Below are positions 1 through 10,089 of a stretch of 64,000 bases of DNA, one piece after another. Source of the DNA: an uncultured Acidobacteriaceae bacterium. Its GTDB lineage: Bacteria; Acidobacteriota; Terriglobia; Bryobacterales; Bryobacteraceae. The position numbers and the translations under genes are program-made. The notes beneath the pieces are model-generated. The model did no database searches and was not told where the DNA came from. It was given only the letters and a program-made list of their open reading frames with translations. Numbering within the stretch: position 1 is the first letter of the stretch; each line of letters opens with the position of its first letter. The stretch covers positions 44,564-108,563 of the forward strand of contig CAWEFG010000003.1 in NCBI GenBank assembly GCA_963808405.1, given 5' to 3'.

Positions 1-1464
1 CTCGCAAGAATCGATCTAACCCACGGGGTTAATGTTGCTTCCTACATACCGCCGGACACCGGGCTTCTCGCATTTTTCAAGACTATCGTTCATCCGGTGA
101 CAAGCCTTTTTACTATCCAGTTTCTCCCGCGGGGTTTCGCTGCGCGCATGTTTCTCGATCCGAATGGCTTCGACCGGGCGCATTACACATTCGAATACAA
201 CAGGCGTGAATTCCTGGGGGACGTTCGCTGCCTGGTGATCGACGTAAAGCCGCACAAGAACGAAAAGTCCAGGTTTTGGGGCCGAATTTGGGTTGAGGAC
301 CGCGACTACAACATCGTTCGTTTTGCGGGCACCTACGGAGCTGTGAGCGTGGGATATCTTCACTTCGACTCCTGGCGAGTGAACGGTGGCCCGCATCTTT
401 GGCTGCCGGCCGCGATCTACACCGAAGAAGAGTCGTACTCATCGCGCCCCTTCGAACACGTGATGCTCAAGGCCCAGACCCGTCTATGGAGTTACGAGCC
501 TGAGAAAGAGCAGCGCCAGGAAGCGTTCACAAACTTGACCGTCGACATTCCGCAAGGCGTAAAGGATCAGAGCGAGCAGGCATCGGATCCATCGCCGGTC
601 GAGGCGGAGCGGATGTGGCAACTGCAGGCGGAAGACAATATCATCGACCGGCTTCAGCGGGCCGGGCTGATTGCTCCGGTTGGCGAAGTGGACAAGGTAC
701 TCGACACGGTTCTGAATAATCTCGAAGTGTCCAACAATCTTCCTGCTATCGACCCGCCCATACGTGTTCGAATCCTGCTAACAACTCCACTCGAGTCGAT
801 GCCCGTGGGTCACACGATTGTGGTCAGCCGCGGTTTGATCGACGTGCTTCCGAACGAAGCTTGCCTCGCCGCGGTGTTGGCGCACGAGCTGGCGCACATC
901 CTGCTGGGGCATTCTGTCGATACTGAATACGCGTTCGCGGATCGTCTGATGTTCAAGGACAACGCAACGCTGATGGACGTGGCGGTGGCTCGGGCCAGAA
1001 ACGAGGAGGCGGCCGCGGATCAGAAAGCTTTGGAAATTCTGAAGAAATCTCCCTACGCCCCCAACCTGCGGCAAGTAGGACTCTTCCTTCGCATGCTTTC
1101 AGAGCGCAGCAATGAAGTTCCGCATCTGATTCGGCCGCTACTCGGCAACCGCTTGGCCGATACGCATAAAGATCTGCGGCTTTCGGGCTTGATGGATATA
1201 GCGCCAGAGCTGCAATTGAGGAATACGGAGCAGGTTGCCGCTTTACCGCTTGGCTCGCGAGTGCTGATGAACCCGTGGTCCGATCAGCTGCGCTTATCGA
1301 AGGCGCGCAGCGTGCCACTACTGTCGGCCAAGGAAAAGCTGCCGTTTCAAGTAGCGCCGTTCATGCTCCACCTGACGCGGGAAGATGAGGGTGTGAGCGC
1401 GCCGTCACAAGCTGATATGAGCGCCAATGCGCCTAGAAATATTTCGCCGGTCGGTAAGCAATAG
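1..1464 (+). CDS. M48-family (HExxH) zinc metallopeptidase, probably 5'-partial
   Basis: ORF track 97..1464 (GTG start). My codon-by-codon check shows the same frame has no stop back to base 1, so the gene may start upstream of the window. Contains LAHELAHILLGH (HExxH zinc motif). Confidence 0.65.
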   Translation, partial: LARIDLTHGVNVASYIPPDTGLLAFFKTIVHPVTSLFTIQFLPRGFAARMFLDPNGFDRAHYTFEYNRREFLGDVRCLVIDVKPHKNEKSRFWGRIWVEDRDYNIVRFAGTYGAVSVGYLHFDSWRVNGGPHLWLPAAIYTEEESYSSRPFEHVMLKAQTRLWSYEPEKEQRQEAFTNLTVDIPQGVKDQSEQASDPSPVEAERMWQLQAEDNIIDRLQRAGLIAPVGEVDKVLDTVLNNLEVSNNLPAIDPPIRVRILLTTPLESMPVGHTIVVSRGLIDVLPNEACLAAVLAHELAHILLGHSVDTEYAFADRLMFKDNATLMDVAVARARNEEAAADQKALEILKKSPYAPNLRQVGLFLRMLSERSNEVPHLIRPLLGNRLADTHKDLRLSGLMDIAPELQLRNTEQVAALPLGSRVLMNPWSDQLRLSKARSVPLLSAKEKLPFQVAPFMLHLTREDEGVSAPSQADMSANAPRNISPVGKQ

Positions 1465-1469
1465 CGCGT

Positions 1470-4400
1470 TTAAAAGCTGAACTTCAGGCTAAGCTCGGCT
1501 GTCCGGGGCCCGCCCGCCTGAAAAATCGGAGTCAGCCCGCTATTCGGACCTCCCGAGCCGAGCATCAAGCTCTGCATTGAAACGGGCTGCCCAAACAAAG
1601 CGCTGCCGAGATAGCCCACAGGATTTGAAAAGTTTGCGTGATTGAAGAGGTTGAAGGCGCTGGCATTCACTTCGAGGAAGCTCGCGCCGCGAACCCGGAA
1701 CTGCTTTCGCAAACTCGCGTCCACCTGAAAAAGACCGGGGCCGGTGAGGACGTTCCGCCCCAGCGTTCCGTTCGATGCGCCCATCGCAGCTTCGAAAGCT
1801 GCCGCGTTCAGCTCCCGGCCGCCGGGTACCTCGCGGTTCTGAATCCACAGCGGCACTCCCAAAAGCAAGTTCGGCCGTCCGGAATCGGCAAAGCCCAATC
1901 CGATGCTCCGGTCCACTGCCGCCACGTCGAATGGGAAGCCGGTTCGCGCTTCCATCGTCGAGCTTAAATTCCACCCGCTCAGCCATCGTGAGCCGCGCAG
2001 ATGAGATCCCGGTAACCGGTACGTCGCCGAAGCGCTCACGTTGTGCCGTATATCGAACGAGGACGACCCGCGGTCCGCCGCATTTCCATAATCCGGGCCT
2101 GTCAGAAAGATCGACGAATCCTGAGATCCCGTGTCAATCGAATGTCCCCAGGTATAGGAAACCAACGTGTAGAGGCTCGGCGTAATTTGCCCCCGGAACT
2201 GCGCCACCAGCGCGTCGTAGTCCGAAGTGCCGGTGCTCGTGAATGCAAACGCCTGAAGAATTTGGCTGCCCGGCGCCAAAGTCGCTTGTTCTCGCAGCAG
2301 CCGCCTGCCCGCCGATCCAACATAGGAAAGCGAAAGCGCCGACTTCTCTCCCATCGCTCTTTCCACGGACGCTCTCCATTCCCAAACCTTGGGCAAGAAT
2401 AGCGGCGGCGCATCGGGCAGCGCTGTCGTAGGAGCTACAGAATTGGGATTGATGTCATGAGGCACAAAGATCCAGCTATTCAGCGGAGAAAGATTGACGG
2501 GATTAATCAGTGAGCCCAGCGCATCGTCATAGAAAATGCCTGCGCCAAGCCGAAAGACCAAAGCAGGGGCATTCGCGCGATAGGCGAGTCCAAGACGCGG
2601 CGCTACTTGCCCGTACCGCATCGGCCAGCGTATCGGGTTAATGTCGTAAACACTTGCGATGCGATTGAAATTCGTGCCAGCTCCGTTCCACGTGCCGAAA
2701 TCTAATGAGGTGCTGTATCCCGAATCGGAAGGATGAGTAATCTCCCAGCGGACTCCATAGAGAATGGTCAGACGGTCGCCGCGTTTGTAGGTATCCTGTA
2801 CAAACGTGGATCCAATCGGGATGCGTCCGCTGGCGCCTACCAAGCGGCCAGACGAGAGAGTAACGCCGAGAGCATCTCCTGCCAGCACTCCTTCCACACT
2901 TTCCGCTGCGACAGATACGGTGGGAACATCTGCGCTCAACGTCCTCGGGAACAGCTCGATGAAATCGGCTCCGGCGCGCACGTCATGCCGGCCGAACTGC
3001 TTGGCTGCCGTATACGCTGCCTCCCACTGCCTTTGCACGCCGTCGCCTTGATGACCGGAAAGCACCTGTCCGATGCCCGCAATGGACAGCGCCGTGACGA
3101 CGTTATCCGGCGTGAAATATGGCTCCGCGGTTGAGAAGGCCGCAAGCGCTGTTCCCTCCCGATCATTCCCCGCAGCCCAGGACCAGCCAGCCCGCACGAA
3201 CGAGTAATTGAAGCGCAGGTCCTGTATCGCGCCTTTCCGCTCGAATGTCGAACCCAGGGTTGCGCTCATCCAACCGAACCGGGCGTCCGTGATCCCGAGT
3301 TCCTGTGTCGTCGAACACGAAGGTACATTCGCGTAGCGCGCAAAAACCCGCGCGCTGTTCCCGATCGTCTGATCGACTCGCCCGCTGTAATTCTTAACGC
3401 CTGCCTGCTTGCCGAGCGCTACTGTTCCGAGCGATTCATTCGGGCTTACTTGCGGCCCGACGGGCAAAGGGAAAGCGTTCAACAGCACCTGATAATCCGC
3501 AGGCGCTGCCTGGCGCGCGGCGAGCGAAGGCGTCGGCACCAACTGCAGCGCGGTATCGTTTACGTTGACCTGCTCGAATGCCGCAAAGAAGAATGTGCGA
3601 TTTGGCCATACTGCGCCCCCCAGGCTTGCGCCATACCCGTTCAACGACGCAGGCGCAAGCGCGGTCTTATACTTCTGCGCGAACCAGTCGCGGCTATCGA
3701 ACATTTGTGGCCGCAGATACCCGAACGCGCTCCCATGGAGGTCGTTGGACCCCGACCTGGTCTCGATAAGCACCTGAGCGCCGGGCCGGTCGCCATACTC
3801 CGGCGCAAAGTCGGACGATCGCATTTCGACGCGCTGAATTTCTTCTTTGGAGGCCAGGCTCTGGGTACTGCCGATCACCGTCATGCCCGGCAAGCTGGAG
3901 CCTGGAAAAGTTCCGGGCAGCGCGGAAATCCCGATACCGGTATTCCCGCTAATCCCGTCGATGCGAAAGGTATTCGTGTTCGGCCGCTGTCCAGTCACGG
4001 TAAACTGGCCGCCGTCGCTCGCGGCCGCAGGCGTGGCGGCGGCTCCGGGCATGAGGCCATAAAGGCCGTGCAAGTCCCGCCCGTTCATGGGAAGCGAGTT
4101 TGCCGAAGACTCCCGGCTCACCGCGAGACCGTTGGCGGTCGGGTCGCTATTGTCGCGGGCGCTCTCTACCGTCACCTCCTGCGCCAGCGGCAACAAATCG
4201 ATGAGAAAATCGGCCTCGCGGGTCTGCCCCGCTTCCACTCTGATGCCCGTCTCCGAGACAGTTCGGAATCCTTCGTTCCGCACTGTTACCTTGTAATCGC
4301 CCGCCGCCAGCTCGGAGCTCACATACTTGCCTTCAGCGTCGCAGTTCGTCTTTTGGCGCGCCCCGGTAAACTCACTCTGGATGCGGACTTCCGCGCCCGC

Positions 4401-4532
4401 AACCAACGCACCGGACCGCTCGCGCACTACGCCCGCGATGAAGCCGCCCTGCTGTCCCATCAGCAATGGCGCGGCCGTCCACAAGAGCAGCAGACCGCCT
4501 AATTCATTCAGCCCCGGCTTGCCAACGCGCAA
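1470..4532 (-). CDS. TonB-dependent-receptor-like outer-membrane beta-barrel with N-terminal carboxypeptidase-regulatory-like domain
   Basis: 1020-aa ORF with a signal peptide. N-terminus GVVRERSGALVAGAEVRI...GDYKVTVRNEGF resembles CarboxypepD_reg. Long Gly/Ser/Asn-rich barrel ends in an aromatic residue (...LSLKFSF), typical of OM barrels. Confidence 0.8.
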   Translation of the reverse strand: MRVGKPGLNELGGLLLLWTAAPLLMGQQGGFIAGVVRERSGALVAGAEVRIQSEFTGARQKTNCDAEGKYVSSELAAGDYKVTVRNEGFRTVSETGIRVEAGQTREADFLIDLLPLAQEVTVESARDNSDPTANGLAVSRESSANSLPMNGRDLHGLYGLMPGAAATPAAASDGGQFTVTGQRPNTNTFRIDGISGNTGIGISALPGTFPGSSLPGMTVIGSTQSLASKEEIQRVEMRSSDFAPEYGDRPGAQVLIETRSGSNDLHGSAFGYLRPQMFDSRDWFAQKYKTALAPASLNGYGASLGGAVWPNRTFFFAAFEQVNVNDTALQLVPTPSLAARQAAPADYQVLLNAFPLPVGPQVSPNESLGTVALGKQAGVKNYSGRVDQTIGNSARVFARYANVPSCSTTQELGITDARFGWMSATLGSTFERKGAIQDLRFNYSFVRAGWSWAAGNDREGTALAAFSTAEPYFTPDNVVTALSIAGIGQVLSGHQGDGVQRQWEAAYTAAKQFGRHDVRAGADFIELFPRTLSADVPTVSVAAESVEGVLAGDALGVTLSSGRLVGASGRIPIGSTFVQDTYKRGDRLTILYGVRWEITHPSDSGYSTSLDFGTWNGAGTNFNRIASVYDINPIRWPMRYGQVAPRLGLAYRANAPALVFRLGAGIFYDDALGSLINPVNLSPLNSWIFVPHDINPNSVAPTTALPDAPPLFLPKVWEWRASVERAMGEKSALSLSYVGSAGRRLLREQATLAPGSQILQAFAFTSTGTSDYDALVAQFRGQITPSLYTLVSYTWGHSIDTGSQDSSIFLTGPDYGNAADRGSSSFDIRHNVSASATYRLPGSHLRGSRWLSGWNLSSTMEARTGFPFDVAAVDRSIGLGFADSGRPNLLLGVPLWIQNREVPGGRELNAAAFEAAMGASNGTLGRNVLTGPGLFQVDASLRKQFRVRGASFLEVNASAFNLFNHANFSNPVGYLGSALFGQPVSMQSLMLGSGGPNSGLTPIFQAGGPRTAELSLKFSF

Positions 4533-6102
4533 GTGCCTCCATGCTCTCCAAATCTTTCGGCAACTGACCTGATACGCTCTCCGCGGCCTGTTGTGAATAG
4601 CCGGCGGCGAGCAACCGGCTCACGGATTCATCCAGCGCGCGAGCATGGTCAAACAATTTCGCAGCCCCGGCTTGCCATGACGCATTCGGCTCATTGCCGG
4701 TTCCGCCTGAAGCATCCGCGTTGGCATCCGGCGCTTTCATCAGCGGCTTGAGTGCTTCCTCCAATTGTAAAATCGTCTGCTGAACAGCAATTGCGTGGCG
4801 ATGCCGCAGCTTGCGCAGAGTCACCCGCTGTTCGTCATCGAAGGCCGCTTCGATCTCAGGCGGAAACACTTGCGCCAAAACGAGCAGGGCATGGGCCTGT
4901 GCCAGCAGCGAATTGCCCGCATCCAAGGCCCGGTCGGTGATCAATTGAAGCTGCTGCGCTCCACCCGCGCGTTCTTCGAGGGTATGGCGAAGCGGCGCAC
5001 TCATATCGGCCGAGTACGCTTCTTGCTTTGTGCTCCGCGCGCCTTCCCGCGGAGCCTGCGCCGAATCAAAGCGCACAATCGCATTCGGCACGGTCGTCAA
5101 TGCTTCGCGAATCTCGCGCTCCCGCGCGGCGGCAATCCCCATTCCGGTCACAAGCACGTGCTGCTTGCCGGCGTCCGTTTCAACTCTTAGCGGCTCACCC
5201 ACGTCGGCGCCAATTTCACTGAGCGCCGCAAACACCCGCAGCTCGTCCGCAGCGCTGACCTTCTGCTCCACGGGCTCCGGCGCTCGCAAATTCCCTTTTG
5301 CCGCCGAACGCGTCTCGGCCGGCCTGGCGTCGGAATCCTGGCCCATGTCGGCTATGGTCACGCGCTCTCGATCCTCAAACTCGAAAGCACCGTCTACCAC
5401 CGCCAGATTGTCGGCGCGCAGCGTCAGCGATGCCGTACGCAGCGCTCCGTCCGGCGTCTCGGTTCGCAGCCGGTACAGCCGTTTCAACCCATCCGCGCCC
5501 GCCATTGACGTTACACGGTCGCGCTTGCACGACAGCCGGTTGCGCCAGGCGGAAAACGAACGGGCGCTCAACGGATCTTCCCAGCTATAGTTCGCTTTCA
5601 CGAATAGCGCTTGGATGTGCTCCAAACTCGCGGCGCTTGCGCTGCCCCGCAAAACCGCCGGCCGGAACCAGGTTCGTCCGGCAGCGCTCAACTGAATCCT
5701 GCGATGCGGCGAAGGGGGCGCTTGCGCAGCTTCTGTCAGCAATTGCTGCATCTGGCGCGCCTGGGGCGCCCCGCGAAAATACACGGCCACCAGCAAAAGG
5801 CATACGGCGACCAGGGCGCCGGCCCACCACACAACTGGTTTTGCAAACCAGCTGCTCTTTCCGACGCCTGACTTCAAGTCCAGCTGCGGCCACTTTGCCG
5901 GCGTGACGGCAAGCCCAGGCTTAAGAACCTGGCGATGGAACTGCTCATAAGACGCCGCAGCGCTCTGCAAGCTGGCCAGCCTCGTCCGGCATGCGGCGCA
6001 TCCATGCAAATGCCGTTCAATCGCGGACGCGCGGTCGCCCCCGATTTCCCGGTCGGCAAACCCCATCAGCTTGCCATCGGAAACGTGAGATGCTCTACCC
6101 AT
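4504..6102 (-). CDS. Anti-sigma factor (zf-HC2 type) with one TM helix and a large extracytoplasmic domain
   Basis: N-terminal HLHGCAACRTRL (H-x3-C-x2-C zinc motif). TM segment WWAGALVAVCLLLVAVYF. Start overlaps the ECF sigma stop by 8 nt. Confidence 0.7.
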   Translation of the reverse strand: MGRASHVSDGKLMGFADREIGGDRASAIERHLHGCAACRTRLASLQSAAASYEQFHRQVLKPGLAVTPAKWPQLDLKSGVGKSSWFAKPVVWWAGALVAVCLLLVAVYFRGAPQARQMQQLLTEAAQAPPSPHRRIQLSAAGRTWFRPAVLRGSASAASLEHIQALFVKANYSWEDPLSARSFSAWRNRLSCKRDRVTSMAGADGLKRLYRLRTETPDGALRTASLTLRADNLAVVDGAFEFEDRERVTIADMGQDSDARPAETRSAAKGNLRAPEPVEQKVSAADELRVFAALSEIGADVGEPLRVETDAGKQHVLVTGMGIAAAREREIREALTTVPNAIVRFDSAQAPREGARSTKQEAYSADMSAPLRHTLEERAGGAQQLQLITDRALDAGNSLLAQAHALLVLAQVFPPEIEAAFDDEQRVTLRKLRHRHAIAVQQTILQLEEALKPLMKAPDANADASGGTGNEPNASWQAGAAKLFDHARALDESVSRLLAAGYSQQAAESVSGQLPKDLESMEALARWQAGAE

Positions 6103-6667
6103 TCACCGCCTCCGCCAAGCGCGCAATCGCCCGCCGCAAAAACTCGTTCACCGTTGAGGAGCTCACGGACATCACCTCTGCAATCTCGCGGTACCGCAGG
6201 CCTTCGCTTCGGAGATACAGGCAGTTCCTCTGCTGCGCAGACAGGCTCTCGAGCGCCGTCTTTACCAGCCTGATCTTCTCTCTATCCAGCATGCTCCGCT
6301 CCGGCGATTCCACTGTTAAATTTGTAAACCGCTCCCAGTCCGGGCTGATCGCACGAAGCGCTTTCTCTCGCGATCGCACCTTCAGCCCAAGGTTATGCGC
6401 AACCCGGAACAGCCATGCTCGCAGGTTTAAAATCTGCTCGCCCTTACGCATGCTTTGATAGAGCCGCAGGTACACCTCCTGAGTAACTTCCTGGCCCTGC
6501 GCTGACGGCACTCCGAGATAGAGCAGATAAGAGCAAATTGCCTGGCGGGTGTCCCGATACACTTGCTCGAGGTCGGCCTCAATCGTCGATGCGCCCGTCT
6601 GGCGAGATTCCGTCAGAACTGCGTGCTCCCTAAACCTAAGCGAAACCGCGCCATTGCTATTTCGCAA
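6095..6667 (-). CDS. ECF-subfamily RNA polymerase sigma-70 factor
   Basis: 190 aa. Region 2-like LRAWLFRVAHNL and region 4 HTH LRYREIAEVMSVSSSTVNEFLRRA. Followed by an anti-sigma gene. Confidence 0.85.
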   Translation of the reverse strand: MRNSNGAVSLRFREHAVLTESRQTGASTIEADLEQVYRDTRQAICSYLLYLGVPSAQGQEVTQEVYLRLYQSMRKGEQILNLRAWLFRVAHNLGLKVRSREKALRAISPDWERFTNLTVESPERSMLDREKIRLVKTALESLSAQQRNCLYLRSEGLRYREIAEVMSVSSSTVNEFLRRAIARLAEAVNG

Positions 6668-6670
6668 GCA

Positions 6671-7276
6671 TTAACGTCCGAATCGAATGCCGAAATCCGC
6701 GGACCACGTTGCCCACTCTTGCCGCGCGCTTCCGAAATTCGAATAAAAGTGTCCAGATGTTCCCAGCCAAAAATGATGCCCTTGGTCTAGCGCAACACGC
6801 CCTCCGAGGTTTGCCTGGATGAGCATGGCATCGCGGAAATTACCGAAATCTGCGTGAAACGCATAGGCCCCGCCGCCGCCCGCAAACAACTCCACACGAT
6901 CAGATCGAACGGGCAGAATTGCCTTTAACCCAAACGGAACCAATGTAACGCGCGTCCTAGCGGGTTGAATGACGAGCAGGCAAGGCGCGCACTGGCCGGT
7001 TTGTATTAGGTTTGCGCCGTTCAATACGGAGAACGCTTGAAAATTCTCCGTCTTCGGAAGCATAGTATTCACCCCGGCTTCCAAACTCAAATATTTCAAA
7101 ATGCGGAATTCATAATTGCCGCTGAAAACCGGGCCGCTCGATTCGCCAAAGTCGTTCCGCGTCGGGACTTCCCCGCCCGCGCTCAAAGTAATCGTGCTGG
7201 TATGAAGTCCATCCTGCGCGAAAAGAGTTAAAGCGGGCAGGGAGGCCAAAAGAATGGTCCGAAATACTCGGTGCAT
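6671..7276 (-). CDS. Small outer-membrane beta-barrel protein (hypothetical)
   Basis: 201 aa. Signal peptide MHRVFRTILLASLPALTLFAQ followed by an alternating hydrophobic pattern. Stop lies 3 nt upstream of the ECF sigma start. Confidence 0.45.
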   Translation of the reverse strand: MHRVFRTILLASLPALTLFAQDGLHTSTITLSAGGEVPTRNDFGESSGPVFSGNYEFRILKYLSLEAGVNTMLPKTENFQAFSVLNGANLIQTGQCAPCLLVIQPARTRVTLVPFGLKAILPVRSDRVELFAGGGGAYAFHADFGNFRDAMLIQANLGGRVALDQGHHFWLGTSGHFYSNFGSARQEWATWSADFGIRFGR

Positions 7277-7338
7277 GCTCTCAAAGACCCTCGCACCTCG
7301 GTTTTAGCGACAGCCGTCCAAAAAATTGATAGACAGCG

Positions 7339-8274
7339 CTATGATTTCCGAAGGGGCCTTGAGTCGCCCTGGCAGCCAGCCGCTGCGATCGCCAGTGCGG
7401 CTTTCGAGGTGATATTTCGACCGAGAGTGCCGCAGATCGCGCGTCCCGCGGCGGCAACTTTCCGCAGGTCGACTCCGGTTTCGATTCCCATTCCGTCGAG
7501 CATGTAAACGACATCTTCGGTTGCAACATTCCCGGTAGCACCGGGCGCGTAGGGACAGCCGCCTAGGCCAGCCACGGAACTGTCGATGGTCGCGATGCCA
7601 AGCTCTAACGAAGCGAGAATATTGGCCAGCGCCTGACCCCAGGTGTCATGAAAATGCACTGCGAGCCGGTCGAATGGAACATACTGTGCGACCGTCCGTA
7701 ACATCGTTTGGGTTTTCAAGGGCGTTCCTACGCCGATCGTATCGCCCAGCGATATTTCATTGCAACCCATCCGGTGGAGCTCGTCGGCAACACGAGCGAC
7801 GGCCTCTGGCGCGATCTTTCCCTCGTAAGGACAACCTAGAACACAGGAGACGTAGCCGCGCACTTGAATGCCTCGGGCAAGCGCTGCCTGGGCGACTGAG
7901 CGCAAGCGCGCCAGACTCTCGTCGATCGAGCAGTTGATATTCCGCTGGGAGAAAGTTTCGGACGCGGCGGCAAACACTGCAATTTCCTCCACGCCGCACT
8001 CGATTGCAGTCTCCAGACCTTTGAGATTGGGCACCAGAACTGGGTAGGAGACGCCTGGACGCCGGCCAATTTTTGATAACACCAGGCCCGTGTCGGCCAT
8101 TTGCGGCACGCGTTTAGCGGAGACGAAGCTGCCTGCTTCAATGGTCTTTAAGCCCGCTTGCGCCAACGATTCGATCAGCAAGACCTTGGCTTCGAGCGGC
8201 ACAACGCCCTTCTCGTTCTGCAAGCCATCTCGAGGGCCCACCTCCACCATGCGAACACTTTTCGGAAGGCTCAT
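7339..8274 (-). CDS. Hydroxymethylglutaryl-CoA lyase
   Basis: VEVGPRDGLQNEKG near the N-terminus and GLGGCPYAPGATGNVATEDVVYML near the C-terminus (HMGL-like family signatures). ATGA overlap with the upstream crotonase gene. Confidence 0.88.
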   Translation of the reverse strand: MSLPKSVRMVEVGPRDGLQNEKGVVPLEAKVLLIESLAQAGLKTIEAGSFVSAKRVPQMADTGLVLSKIGRRPGVSYPVLVPNLKGLETAIECGVEEIAVFAAASETFSQRNINCSIDESLARLRSVAQAALARGIQVRGYVSCVLGCPYEGKIAPEAVARVADELHRMGCNEISLGDTIGVGTPLKTQTMLRTVAQYVPFDRLAVHFHDTWGQALANILASLELGIATIDSSVAGLGGCPYAPGATGNVATEDVVYMLDGMGIETGVDLRKVAAAGRAICGTLGRNITSKAALAIAAAGCQGDSRPLRKS

Positions 8275-9032
8275 TGCTTTGATCTTGCCGAGAACTGTTC
8301 GAGGCGCAAACGCGTTTCAGGATCGCGAAAATGCTCCAGCAGCGACTCTCGTTCTGCTCGTAGGATTTTATCGATGTCGTTTCTGACCAGACGCTTGGTC
8401 CGCCGGATTGCAGGCCGCGAGTGGCGGGCAATAGCGGCGGCCATCGAAGCAGCCATGGTCTGCAGCTCGGCATCGGGTACAACGCGGTTGATTAACCCGA
8501 TGCGCTCTGCCTCGTCAGCATCGATGAACTCACCCGAGAGCAGCAGCCATCGGGCGCGGCGCTCGCCTATCATTCTGCTAAGCAGGACGGACGAACCTGC
8601 ACCGGGATGCAGGCCGTAGTTGATGTGACCGTCGGCAAATCGCGCGCTCCCGGCCGCTACAGCCAAGTCACAGATGCAGACGAGCTCGAGGCCGCCGGCG
8701 ACCGCTACGCCGTTGACGGCGGCTATGGTGACACCAGGGTAATCTGCGATGCCGACAAATAGATCGGCCAACAGATGAAAATAGCGGCGCAACCCGTCAT
8801 GATCGTCGAGCCTTGCGAAGTATGATTTGAGGTCTCCGCCAGTACAGAAGGCTCTTCCAGCGCCGGTGATAATCAGCGGACGTCCCGGATCGTCAATCTG
8901 CTGAACCGTCCGCACGAGATCGCGCAACATAGGCTCATCGAAGGCATTGAGCAGGTGTGGGCGATTTAGCGTCAGCCAATAATTGCCCTCGCGCTCCTCG
9001 AGGCGAACAGCGCTCTCGATCTCAGAAGGCAC
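8271..9032 (-). CDS. Enoyl-CoA hydratase/isomerase (crotonase) family protein
   Basis: ITGAGRAFCTGGDLK and AAVNGVAVAGGLEL motifs. 253 aa. Coupled to HMG-CoA lyase, a leucine/isovalerate catabolism-like pairing. Confidence 0.85.
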   Translation of the reverse strand: MPSEIESAVRLEEREGNYWLTLNRPHLLNAFDEPMLRDLVRTVQQIDDPGRPLIITGAGRAFCTGGDLKSYFARLDDHDGLRRYFHLLADLFVGIADYPGVTIAAVNGVAVAGGLELVCICDLAVAAGSARFADGHINYGLHPGAGSSVLLSRMIGERRARWLLLSGEFIDADEAERIGLINRVVPDAELQTMAASMAAAIARHSRPAIRRTKRLVRNDIDKILRAERESLLEHFRDPETRLRLEQFSARSKQ

Positions 9033-9210
9033 GGTGCTAGAACTCTTCTCCAGGCTCTTCGGTCCAGGTTTTCTTGTGTTTTGGTTTTAGACGGATAAGC
9101 TTTTCTTTTATGGCTCGCGCGGGCGGAGGGCTGCCTACGCGCTTTCTGGCTATCGCTTTTACTGCTTTTGTCTTATCGTATTTGGCTCGCTTGATGGCCA
9201 CGGCAGGAGG

Positions 9211-9756
9211 TCAGACCACCCGGTCGTCCGATGTGCGGGTAGCTATCGCAGGATCAGTCTCGCCGACGGTCAGCATGTTAAATGCAATTTTCGCGCGCGT
9301 AGGTATGAAGTGCCAAACCGCCTCTGCGCCTTGGCGTTCCTCGGCCTGTATCTCGCGAGCCAAGGTCTCAGTAGCGGTATCGCCCGCGGCCGCAGCCACG
9401 GTCGCCAGGGCTTCATACATAGCGCACTCGCTGCTCTCGATCGTAAATACGGTCATGAGATTCTGCGCGGTACGCTCCTGTGGCTGGTGTGCGGCTTGAA
9501 GCGTCTTGGGAGTCGAGCTGAAGATTCCGGCCAGGAATCCTTTTGCGGCGGAGGGGCTGCCCCCGAGCTCCTTCAGCCGCGCAGTTAGGCGTTCGGAGTG
9601 CCGCCCCGTCTCGTCCGCATGCGCGAGAAACACCGCGCGCACTTCCTCGTCGTCTCCCTCGCCGGCGAAGCTTTGCAGTTGTGTTTGGAAGCTCTTCTCC
9701 GCGGTGATAGCGTCTTCCAGGTACCGCCGGATCACTTCTTGACTGGTTTCCGCCAC
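9211..9756 (-). CDS. Ferritin-like DUF892 (YciE/YciF-type) stress protein
   Basis: 181 aa. N-terminus RRYLEDAITAEKSFQTQLQSFA and an overall helical ferritin-like pattern. Family assignment is from memory. Confidence 0.55.
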   Translation of the reverse strand: MAETSQEVIRRYLEDAITAEKSFQTQLQSFAGEGDDEEVRAVFLAHADETGRHSERLTARLKELGGSPSAAKGFLAGIFSSTPKTLQAAHQPQERTAQNLMTVFTIESSECAMYEALATVAAAAGDTATETLAREIQAEERQGAEAVWHFIPTRAKIAFNMLTVGETDPAIATRTSDDRVV

Positions 9757-9758
9757 AA

Positions 9759-10022
9759 TTACGCTGCGATCTTCTGAGAACTATTCGGCCAGATGCCGAG
9801 CTCGACGAACTCAGTTTCGAAGCGCGATTGTTCTCTCGCGTCCTCGGATGGCCGAAGGTGGCGGCAAACTTCGCGAAGAGTATCCTCCAGGGGTCTCCCC
9901 GCGGCATCCTCGCCAAGCACCGCTCGGACCAGCTCGCGGGCGGCTCTGCGGGCGCTTTCAGGAGACTTGGCAAACATCAGCGCATCGTAGCGCTCATTGA
10001 TCAGTTGGACATTTCGGTTCAT
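9759..10022 (-). CDS. Hypothetical small protein
   Basis: 87-aa ORF. Stop lies 3 nt upstream of the DUF892 start. No recognisable motif. Confidence 0.35.
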   Translation of the reverse strand: MNRNVQLINERYDALMFAKSPESARRAARELVRAVLGEDAAGRPLEDTLREVCRHLRPSEDAREQSRFETEFVELGIWPNSSQKIAA

Positions 10023-10089
10023 GCAGGCCTCAAATGTTGGATGCGCGCCGGCGAAATTTTGGTGCGACGCTTGTAACCGGGCAGGAACG

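Noticed and set aside
3450-4502. 350-aa plus-strand ORF. Similar long antisense ORFs occur at 11399..12265, 17541..18296, 48444..49349, 53752..54447, 35631..36185 and 63317..63850.
   Set aside because: All lie antisense to genes with clear family motifs and have Arg/Ala/Gly-rich, motif-free translations. This is typical of stop-poor antisense frames in GC-rich DNA.
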